From an uncultured archaeon (GTDB taxonomy: Archaea; Asgardarchaeota; Lokiarchaeia; Sigyniarchaeales; SOKP01), in assembly GCA_964583985.1 (NCBI GenBank), contig CAZOYD010000092.1:1-11032 (forward strand): DNA of 11,032 nt, written 5' to 3'. Within the stretch, counting starts at the first letter, position 1; every line of letters begins with the position of its first letter. Below are positions 1-7,154 of the stretch, piece by piece. The notes beneath the pieces were generated by a model. It did not search any database and was not told the DNA's origin. It saw nothing but the letters and a program-made list of their open reading frames with translations. The position numbers and the translations under genes are program-made.

Positions 1-66
1 GTGTTGTTGGTATTGGTTTTTCTTCTATAGGTGTTGTTGGTATTGGTTTTTCTTCTACGGGTGTTG
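1..66. repeat. 30-bp coding tandem repeat (at least 2 copies, truncated by the window edge) encoding P(I/V)EEKPIPTT
   Basis: 1-30 gtgttgttggtattggtttttcttctatag and 31-60 gtgttgttggtattggtttttcttctacgg differ at 2 positions, followed by partial gtgttg. The unit is a multiple of 3 and in frame with the GTPase ORF. Confidence 0.95.
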
Positions 67-1129
67 GAGGAGTTGGTGGAGATTGGCTAGTTTTTTGAAG
101 GAGACCCTTTATTTTCTGAGCTTTTTCATAAAATTCCCTCCCTAATGAGTCATCACCTAATTCTATGCACAAATAACTAATTTTTTCAAATAAGAGAGCT
201 GCATTTTGAAAATCTGCATTTTCTAGTGATTTCGTAGCCTGTTCTATTAGTGTATCTCTCTCTAAAAGTGGCTTTAACAACGGTGAAATCTCAGCACTCA
301 TTTCTAAAATATCAGCAATAATTTGAATCATTTTATCTCTATTTTTAGCTTCTTTCGCAATCATGGAATAGGTTTTTAATCCTAAGATCTTCTCAATCTG
401 TTCCGGTTTCAAGGAAACGCTAAGATCTTGCTTATTTCCTATTACTGCTACATGAGCGTTTCCAGCTTGTTCTTTAATCAATTCTAAAAAAAATTTACTC
501 TTTTCAATATTTTCTAAAGAGGAATCCGTGATTAAGAGGACGGCATCACTTCCCTTTATGAAATTATTCCAAAGATAACTAAATTGTTCCTGTCCAGCAA
601 AATCCCATAAATGGAAATATAACTTTCCTATTTTAATTGTTGCAATATCACCTGTAATCGTAGGGACGTGTTGCATGGGTATCTCTTCAGCTTTAATTAA
701 TTTAGTGATAGTTGTTTTACCTACGCCAGAGAATCCAACAAGAGATATCTTCGGACGTAGATTTCTATGAATTGAATCAATGGTGGGATCAAAAACTTCA
801 AATGTTTTAGAATCATATTTATGGGCCAAGATGTCTTCAAATAAATTCAAAAATTCTTTTTTGCATTTGATTAATTCCTTCTTAATACTCTCGAAATTAT
901 CAGTAAGACCTGTGACGAAAAGAAATACTAGATTGAGATCCTTTTCTGTGATGTAGGACATTCGATATTTATAATAGTCATGATAATCGACTTTATTTCC
1001 TCCTTTACCTAAAGCCTCATTCAATAATTCTCCGATGATGGAATCAAACATGTCTTTCTTAATTGCTTTTCCAAAATGTCTGTAGTAAATGATTTCTCCT
1101 TCTTTTAAAATATAAACCTGTCGTAAAAT
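1..1129 (-). CDS. Multidomain small GTPase: N-terminal longin-like domain, Arf/Rab-like GTPase, MIT/TPR-like helical domain and Pro-rich repeat tail (3' end beyond the left window edge)
   Basis: Manual translation gives an open frame of 376 codons from ATT(1129) to the edge: (M)LRQVYILKEGEIIYYRHFGKA...YRMSYITEKDLNLVFLFVTGLTDNFESIKKELIKCKKEFLNLF (longin-like pattern). GTPase motifs: G1 GFSGVGKT (736-713), G2 PT, G3 WDFAGQ (607-590), G4 NKQD (436-425). These are followed by RDTLIEQATKSLENADFQNAALLFEKISYLCIELGDDSLGREFYEKAQKIKGLL and SPPTPPTPVEEKPIPTTPIEEKPIPTT. The GTPase call is strong; the longin and MIT/TPR calls are pattern-based. Confidence 0.93.
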   Translation of the reverse strand, partial: MLRQVYILKEGEIIYYRHFGKAIKKDMFDSIIGELLNEALGKGGNKVDYHDYYKYRMSYITEKDLNLVFLFVTGLTDNFESIKKELIKCKKEFLNLFEDILAHKYDSKTFEVFDPTIDSIHRNLRPKISLVGFSGVGKTTITKLIKAEEIPMQHVPTITGDIATIKIGKLYFHLWDFAGQEQFSYLWNNFIKGSDAVLLITDSSLENIEKSKFFLELIKEQAGNAHVAVIGNKQDLSVSLKPEQIEKILGLKTYSMIAKEAKNRDKMIQIIADILEMSAEISPLLKPLLERDTLIEQATKSLENADFQNAALLFEKISYLCIELGDDSLGREFYEKAQKIKGLLQKTSQSPPTPPTPVEEKPIPTTPIEEKPIPTT

Positions 1130-1135
1130 TATAGT

Positions 1136-1142
1136 TCACCCC
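1136..1142 (-). promoter_or_regulatory. Archaeal Shine-Dalgarno GGGGTGA upstream of the GTPase gene
   Basis: The minus strand reads ttGGGGTGAactataATTttacga, with 6 nt between the SD and ATT at 1129. Confidence 0.7.
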
Positions 1143-1174
1143 AATTTCGATAGTCTTGTATTTTCATTACAATA

Positions 1175-1669
1175 TTATAAGCTTGATATATAATTAACAA
1201 GATCCTTGATAATTGAATATTTTTGATCTTTAATTTTTGCTGTGGATAATGTCTCTTCCATGGTTTTAATCTCTTTAGAAAAATCAAATGTAGAAAATTC
1301 TTTAATTTCATATTCTTTTGATTCTTCACTCACTCTATCCAAAAAAAATTTAATGCTCGGCATAAATTTTGCTAAATTCATATCCAATCCCAACTTCGAG
1401 ATTAATATTAATTCTTCATTAAACGTAAATAAATAATTATATTTCTCTGCTTCAACAGCAAAAGAATTAATTTTATTTAGGTTTAGTTCCTTCGCAATAT
1501 CTTGAGAGTTCGATATTAAAGAAAGAATTTTATGCGGAATAATTTTACCTTGAGAAAACTCTTTTATTTTCGATGATAATACTATTCCAAAATTATTAGC
1601 AATAGCGCAATCTGAATTCAATTCTTTCTGTAATTGAGAGATTATTTCGTTGTAATTCGTCTTGTTCAT
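1175..1669 (-). CDS. Roadblock/LC7 (MglB/LAMTOR-like) domain protein with a C-terminal helical extension
   Basis: 164 aa. An N-terminal amphipathic helix (YNEIISQLQKEL), the CAIANNFGIVLSS hairpin, a helix ending AKELNL, strands INSFAVEAE-YNYLFTF-LILISK and a MNLAKF helix match the roadblock secondary-structure pattern. It lies 45 nt upstream of a small GTPase gene on the same strand. Confidence 0.7.
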   Translation of the reverse strand: MNKTNYNEIISQLQKELNSDCAIANNFGIVLSSKIKEFSQGKIIPHKILSLISNSQDIAKELNLNKINSFAVEAEKYNYLFTFNEELILISKLGLDMNLAKFMPSIKFFLDRVSEESKEYEIKEFSTFDFSKEIKTMEETLSTAKIKDQKYSIIKDLVNYISSL

Positions 1670-1772
1670 AATTATATAGCATTGATGATTGAATAAATAA
1701 TAATATCAGATTTATTTATATTTATTTAAACCAATATTTCAACGCAAAATTTATCTGCAAAAAACATCCAAA
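1670..1772. promoter_or_regulatory. AT-rich divergent promoter region with TATA-like elements
   Basis: 103-nt gap between divergent starts, containing TTTATA/TTTAAA-like boxes (1711-1730) and a BRE/TATA-like cgcaaaatttatct (1743-1756). Exact elements cannot be pinned down at this AT content. Confidence 0.45.
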
Positions 1773-2558
1773 TTGAAAATATATAAAAATCATTTTTCAG
1801 AAAAAGAATCGGATCTCACAATTATCTCAGAATCGAAGAATGCTATCCTAAAAGCAAAACAAACATTTTTCTATCATCGAGAATTATTAGAAAAATTCGC
1901 TACAAAAAACCAAAATTTCTTAAAATCATTCAATCCAATAACTGTCTCATCTCCGTATGAGATAATTCAACTAATGATCAGATATTCAAAAATATGTAAT
2001 GTTGGACCCATGGCCACTGTAGCAGGAGCCTTGGCAGATCTAATGCTAAATGCAATGAAAGAGTCTGAGAAAAATTTTATTCCCGCAAGAGTAGCTTTAG
2101 TAGAAAATGGAGGGGAAATCGCAATTGACTCCGAGAAGTTGATGCGAATCGCTTTATATGCCGGTGAAAATAAACTTAATTTAAATATAGGGTTTTTGAT
2201 TGAAAAAAAAGATTGTCCCATAGGTATTGCCACGAGTTCCGCCACGGTAGGTCATGCCATCAGTTTAGGGCAAGCCGATGCCGTAACCATATTTGCAGAA
2301 AATGCAACTCTTGCTGATGGAGCTGCAACCCGAATCGCCAATTTAGTTAAAGGGGATGATGTTGAGAAGTCCATTAAAACTGCACTGGATGCAACTGAAG
2401 ATATACCCGGAATTAGAGCGGCTTTAATTAGTCGAGGAAATAAGGTTGGACAGATAGGGAATTTACCAAAGATCTTTAAAATTATTGGGAATAAGGATCA
2501 AATTCTAAAAGCTAAACTTGATACCATTCTTCCCGGAGATTATGAAGTTTTTAAATGA
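1773..2558 (+). CDS. UPF0280 family (ApbE-like superfamily) protein
   Basis: 261 aa, TTG start. Family motifs VGPMATVAGALAD, VENGGEIA, GIATSSATVGHAISLGQADAV and LADGAATRIAN. Confidence 0.9.
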   Translation: MKIYKNHFSEKESDLTIISESKNAILKAKQTFFYHRELLEKFATKNQNFLKSFNPITVSSPYEIIQLMIRYSKICNVGPMATVAGALADLMLNAMKESEKNFIPARVALVENGGEIAIDSEKLMRIALYAGENKLNLNIGFLIEKKDCPIGIATSSATVGHAISLGQADAVTIFAENATLADGAATRIANLVKGDDVEKSIKTALDATEDIPGIRAALISRGNKVGQIGNLPKIFKIIGNKDQILKAKLDTILPGDYEVFK

Positions 2559-4824
2559 CCCAATATAGAGGAGAATCATCTCCCGTAGAGCTTTTTGAAG
2601 AGAAAATTCGATTTAAGTAATTCATGTGATAATATTCTTCAACTTCCTCATCAGAAAGCTCGCTAAAAATCGACGAAGAAAAAGCATTGTAATAATGCTT
2701 TGATACAAGTAAATATACTGAAGTATTATACATCTTTTTTAAATTTGTTAAGACGTTTATTCCATTTTGGATGTGCAAGGATGGTTTTAAATAAGTGTCA
2801 TTTACCGTGATATATCTATTAACCACCGGTATCGACTCATTAATCTGAATGTTCACGTTCTGATATCCAAAAAAAATGAATGCTGGTGCCCACCCAAATT
2901 CAGAAATGATAATATTGTTTGTTGTACCATATTTTGAATAAGTATCAATTAAATTGGCGTCATTATTATCCAAACTCCAAATATTGACAGCATAATCTTC
3001 ATCAGTATAGGTTATAATTAATGATAATGTAATAATCAAGGTAAGCATTAATTTATTCTTTAATAGCTTGATTGTATGGGTTTTAATTAATTTATAGATA
3101 TACGCTGAAAACCCTATTGCAAAGATTGGAGAATTTAAATATAAGATTCGTGAAGCAAATGAATAGGAACCATACATCACGTCAAAAGCAACACCCGCTA
3201 ATAAGAGTGTCACTAAACCTATTCCCCAAAACCATAATGGTTTGCCTCTATTTTTGAATTGAAATGAAATCATTCCCCAAATACCAAATAAGATAAGAAT
3301 AACTAATTCAAATCCATAAATTAGATCCAACACGTTATAGTTGAAGAAAAGGGTATTCATTATCCCAAATAACAAGATAGCAATAAAAGATAAGGTAAAG
3401 ATTCCAGGGACAAGATACTTTTCTTCAATGATTTTTAAAATTTTGAATTTTTTCCCCTGTATTATTTGTTCATATTTACCCTTAGTGAATCCGACATTTT
3501 TTCGAATAAAATATAAGATACAACCAAGAAAAATGCCCGCTCCACCAATTAACATCAATATTATTTGGAAGGGAATGGTTGATAATGAATCGAATACTCT
3601 AAAATGCCCCGTACTGATGCCTTGAATGTATAAGATGAAAAACATCAGCAAGCACATGCATAATATTAAAAAATCAAATCCCCGGCGATAATCAATGATG
3701 AAATAAACCAAATAAACCCATAAAAATGATACAAGTAAGATCATTGCTATTAATGAGTGGGAGAATAAAGAACTTAAAAATACTAGAAGAATTATGGGAT
3801 ATATGACCTTAATATTACCCAATACTTGTTTTAAGGATGGAACTCTCTCTTTTACAAAGTCTTGAATCCTAGTATAGAGTAGGAAAAATATGAATAAACC
3901 TTGAATTAATACGATACTTGAAGGCCAAAATTGATACATCATGTTTGAAAAACCTAGCGAAGAAAAGATCAAGATAAAAACTCCAAACAATGCGAGGTTT
4001 TTGCTCCGAAATATCCTTTTCAACAATATATAAGCGATTAAGGCGGATATTGGAAATGTATAGAAGACAAAATACCTCGGGATTAGCATGATATTAATGC
4101 CAGAGAAATACTGAATTACTACACCAAATACGTGTATTCCATATGTTCCAAAATAATCATTTATCGGTAATGTATGAGTTATTGTTATATATTTGATGAT
4201 TGAAATATGCAACCATCCATCTGTTCCAACAAAAATATCTACTCGAGCCAAATCTAAAACACAAGTTAAAAACACGAATAGAATGAGATAAAAGGAATTA
4301 GATTTAAGAATTCTCTTTAAAACATTCAAGGGATTCAATTCAATATTTATCTCTTTTATAGATGTTTTATGGGTCCTACTGAAGAGCATGGGATCTGAGC
4401 TCTTAAAATCAATTATAAATATCACACATAATATAAGTAAAAATGAAATTGTCATTACTAAAAAGAAATATAGTGCAGTTAGAAGACAATTGGCATAATA
4501 ACCAATTATTCCACTCACGATATATAATGCCATGTTTGATATTATAGTAATTGCCAATTTTTCTATCAAAGTAAACCCAGAATTTCTGAATAATTTTAAT
4601 ATCAAGGGATATAATGGTAAGAATAAAATCGCGTTTATCATGCTAATATACACCATGACATTAAAAAAAAGTGATAGAATTACCAAATTTGAATCTTGAA
4701 TCATCTGATTGAAGCCTAAAATATGTAATAGAATAAAGCAAATCGTCATGAGAGACCAGAGAATTGAAAAGAAATGAAATCTAAGGCGAATGTATTGCAC
4801 ATACTTTAGGATATTAAATGGCAT
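2551..4824 (-). CDS. Multi-pass membrane protein, probable GT-C fold (lipid-phosphate-sugar-dependent) glycosyltransferase
   Basis: 757 aa with many hydrophobic segments. GTDGWLH...LP...YFGTYGIH follows a TM helix, resembling the D-x-x-x-H external loop 1 of GT-C enzymes. It has a soluble C-terminal domain and lies beside DPM1-like GT2 genes. Its stop overlaps the convergent UPF0280 gene by 8 bp. Confidence 0.65.
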   Translation of the reverse strand: MPFNILKYVQYIRLRFHFFSILWSLMTICFILLHILGFNQMIQDSNLVILSLFFNVMVYISMINAILFLPLYPLILKLFRNSGFTLIEKLAITIISNMALYIVSGIIGYYANCLLTALYFFLVMTISFLLILCVIFIIDFKSSDPMLFSRTHKTSIKEINIELNPLNVLKRILKSNSFYLILFVFLTCVLDLARVDIFVGTDGWLHISIIKYITITHTLPINDYFGTYGIHVFGVVIQYFSGINIMLIPRYFVFYTFPISALIAYILLKRIFRSKNLALFGVFILIFSSLGFSNMMYQFWPSSIVLIQGLFIFFLLYTRIQDFVKERVPSLKQVLGNIKVIYPIILLVFLSSLFSHSLIAMILLVSFLWVYLVYFIIDYRRGFDFLILCMCLLMFFILYIQGISTGHFRVFDSLSTIPFQIILMLIGGAGIFLGCILYFIRKNVGFTKGKYEQIIQGKKFKILKIIEEKYLVPGIFTLSFIAILLFGIMNTLFFNYNVLDLIYGFELVILILFGIWGMISFQFKNRGKPLWFWGIGLVTLLLAGVAFDVMYGSYSFASRILYLNSPIFAIGFSAYIYKLIKTHTIKLLKNKLMLTLIITLSLIITYTDEDYAVNIWSLDNNDANLIDTYSKYGTTNNIIISEFGWAPAFIFFGYQNVNIQINESIPVVNRYITVNDTYLKPSLHIQNGINVLTNLKKMYNTSVYLLVSKHYYNAFSSSIFSELSDEEVEEYYHMNYLNRIFSSKSSTGDDSPLYWVI

Positions 4825-4997
4825 CTTTTATCGCAGAACTTCCCATCTGGTTTAATTTAATATAATAATATTATTTTTGTAAATTATTAGTTTTCTTGTT
4901 ACAAAAGAAATCACGATACTAATAATAAAATCAAATAATTACCATACATTTTAATTCTCATGGAAATAAAGTAATCTAATTAGGAGATCAATACATC
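4825..4997. promoter_or_regulatory. Divergent AT-rich intergenic/promoter region, with SD AGGAGA (4982-4987) for the epimerase gene
   Basis: 173-nt gap between divergent ATGs, very AT-rich; taggagatcaatacatcATG. Confidence 0.5.
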
Positions 4998-5966
4998 ATG
5001 TTAAAAAACAAAAAAATATTAATTACTGGTGCTGGGGGTTTTATTGGCTCTCATCTTACAGACGAATTATTAAAACATGATAATTTTGTCGTGTTGATAG
5101 ATAATTTCAATGATTATTATTCTGGAAAAGAAAAACAACTTAATGATATAATCAAGAATTATAAATTACACGAAAATTTTGAATTATATAAAGATGATCT
5201 TCTTAAATCTTCCTTGTATGATCATATTGAAACGGATATCGAATACGTGTTTCATCTAGCCGCTCAAGCAGGAGTTAGATACTCTTTAGAGCATCCTTCT
5301 GAAGTTTCTCATAATAACATTATAAGTACTGTGAATCTTTTTGAATTCTCAAGAAAATTAGAGAATTTAAAAAAAGTGGTTTTTGCTTCTTCTTCCTCAG
5401 TCTATGGAAATCCAATGTACACTCCTGTAGATGAACAACATCCAAAAAATCCCATTTCACCTTATGCGGTTTCAAAATTAAGTGGAGAATTATATGCTGA
5501 GTTATATTACAGAGAATTTAACTTGCCAATTAATTCATTAAGGTTTTATACTGTGTATGGTCCTCGCGGTAGACCAGACATGGCGATTCGAAAATTTTTT
5601 GATTTGATTCTTCAAGGAAAAGAACTCATACTATATGGTGATGGAACTCAACGCCGAGACTTTACTTATATTTCTGATATTATCAGTGGTATAATTCTTG
5701 CTAGTGAGATTCAAAATATCAATGGAGAAGTCTTCAATCTTGGAAAGTCTGATCCAATTATTATTAATGATTTAGTTGATTTCATGTATGAAATTTCAAA
5801 AAAACCTAAAAAAGTTAGATATATCGAGAAACAAAGAGGAGATGTTGAAGTCACTCACTCAAATATAGAAAAAGCAAAAAGAAACCTCAATTATAATCCT
5901 CAAATTTCGATAAAACAAGGATTATTAAGACAATATAATTGGCAAGTCAAAAATAGTTTAAATTAA
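4998..5966 (+). CDS. NAD-dependent epimerase/dehydratase, UDP-glucuronate 4-epimerase-like extended SDR
   Basis: 322 aa. TGAGGFIG, HLAAQAGVRYS, ASSSSVYG, catalytic YAVSK and RFYTVYGPRGRPDMA. The AQAGVRYS and GRPDMA motifs are typical of the UDP-GlcA 4-epimerase subfamily. Confidence 0.88.
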   Translation: MLKNKKILITGAGGFIGSHLTDELLKHDNFVVLIDNFNDYYSGKEKQLNDIIKNYKLHENFELYKDDLLKSSLYDHIETDIEYVFHLAAQAGVRYSLEHPSEVSHNNIISTVNLFEFSRKLENLKKVVFASSSSVYGNPMYTPVDEQHPKNPISPYAVSKLSGELYAELYYREFNLPINSLRFYTVYGPRGRPDMAIRKFFDLILQGKELILYGDGTQRRDFTYISDIISGIILASEIQNINGEVFNLGKSDPIIINDLVDFMYEISKKPKKVRYIEKQRGDVEVTHSNIEKAKRNLNYNPQISIKQGLLRQYNWQVKNSLN

Positions 5967-6054
5967 CAAAATTTATAACAACAATTAACTATATATCTAA
6001 ATGCAGTAATGATGTTTAAGTGTAATTAATGGATTTATAAAAGGTGCTTAGCAT

Positions 6055-7029
6055 TTGACTATTTTAAGTTCAAGCGAAGACATAACAGCTGATTCGCTTC
6101 ACAAAAGTATTCTAAAAACCCCTCAAGATGATCACTTTCAATCTTTATATGATTTCATGGAGAAATTCATAAAGAGAAATGATCAAGTCATAATGTCCAT
6201 TATCTTACCGATGTATAATGAGGAAAAGACAATTAAAAACGTAATAGAAAGTCTTCCAGATAGTAAAAATATTGAAGTGATCGTTGTTAACGATAACTCA
6301 ACAGACAATAGTTTAAAAGAAATTGATAAGATCAAAAAGCATTTAAATTTAAAAATTGTAACTCATAAATTCAATAAAGGCTATGGATCAGCTATATTAA
6401 CAGGCATTAAGAATTCAAAAGGTGAAGTTATAGTCACCATGGATAGTGATGGTCAACATGATCCAAGAGATTTACTTACATTGGTTCGACCCATTTTTAC
6501 TAAAGAAGCCGATTACACCATAGGTTCCAGGTATTTAGGAACTTATTTTTACCAATTACCCGTTTCTACAAGGCTTGGTGAGCTGTTTGTTGAAAAGTTG
6601 TTGCAAATTTTTTTTGGCAAGAAGATTATGAACAATCAAAATGGGTTTAGAGCTTTCAATAGGAAAATTCTAACAATTTTTGAGAATGTAAGATATGATG
6701 GATATGCTTTTTGCACTGAACAAATTCTAAGAGCATCTATTGAGGGATACAAGATAAAAGAATGTCCCATTAAACTATATGATAGAAAATATGGCTCATC
6801 TCATGTCGTTCTATCAAAATTAGCAATAAATATCTTCTCTCTTTTTTTTAAATATCTTGTAAAAAAAATCCAGCTCACTGTAATCAAGAAAGACCGAAGT
6901 GGCACGTTGAATATCTATGAAAAAGCATTAAAAAAGAGTTCTGAATTAAAAGATCTCCGAATTAATAGAGAGTTAATTTATATCAATTCAAAATTCTTTA
7001 TCGAACATAGGTTTACGGCGCCTCCATAA
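6055..7029 (+). CDS. Glycosyltransferase family 2, DPM1-like (polyprenol-phosphate glycosyltransferase), paralog 1
   Basis: 324 aa. SIILPMYNEE, NDNSTD, NKGYG, DxD motif MDSDGQH, IGSRY, GFRAF and R..GSS. TTG start with AGGTG upstream (6042-6046); the exact start is uncertain. Confidence 0.9.
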   Translation: MTILSSSEDITADSLHKSILKTPQDDHFQSLYDFMEKFIKRNDQVIMSIILPMYNEEKTIKNVIESLPDSKNIEVIVVNDNSTDNSLKEIDKIKKHLNLKIVTHKFNKGYGSAILTGIKNSKGEVIVTMDSDGQHDPRDLLTLVRPIFTKEADYTIGSRYLGTYFYQLPVSTRLGELFVEKLLQIFFGKKIMNNQNGFRAFNRKILTIFENVRYDGYAFCTEQILRASIEGYKIKECPIKLYDRKYGSSHVVLSKLAINIFSLFFKYLVKKIQLTVIKKDRSGTLNIYEKALKKSSELKDLRINRELIYINSKFFIEHRFTAPP

Positions 7030-7040
7030 TTATTGAAGTG

Positions 7041-7059
7041 TTTTTTTCTTGGTTTTTTC
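7041..7059 (+). terminator. Possible archaeal oligo-T terminator
   Basis: tttttttcttggttttttc begins about 11 nt after the stop of the first GT2. Confidence 0.4.
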
Positions 7060-7154
7060 GCTAATGAATTAATTTTATTAGATTCGTGCAATTTATAATA
7101 CCAAGTTACTTTCATTTCTTTTAGTCTTGGAATGAGAACTATCGGAGTATTGAA

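Noticed and set aside
1-66. 30-bp direct repeats as a CRISPR array
   Set aside because: The copies are adjacent with no spacers and are in frame within a coding region. No cas genes are present.
1129-1436. ORFs 1129-1329 (-) and 1242-1436 (+)
   Set aside because: Alternate-frame or antisense shadows of the roadblock-like gene, with no motifs.
1693-1719. Inverted repeat ATAAATAA-N11-TTATTTAT as an operator
   Set aside because: It is A/T-only in a very AT-rich gap, is expected by chance, and has no second copy.
1967-2245. 92-aa minus-strand ORF
   Set aside because: Antisense shadow within the well-supported UPF0280 gene.
1773-2558. Functional link between UPF0280 and the GTPase module
   Set aside because: Only divergent adjacency supports it. 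UPF0280 is a widespread archaeal family, and nothing in the sequence connects them.
3341-3625. 94-aa plus-strand ORF
   Set aside because: Antisense shadow of the membrane protein gene.
2551-4824. Calling the membrane protein AglB/STT3
   Set aside because: There is no WWDYG motif in the C-terminal soluble domain.
4864-4875. Palindrome AATAATATTATT in the divergent region
   Set aside because: Low-complexity A/T sequence with no supporting regulator or repeat occurrence.
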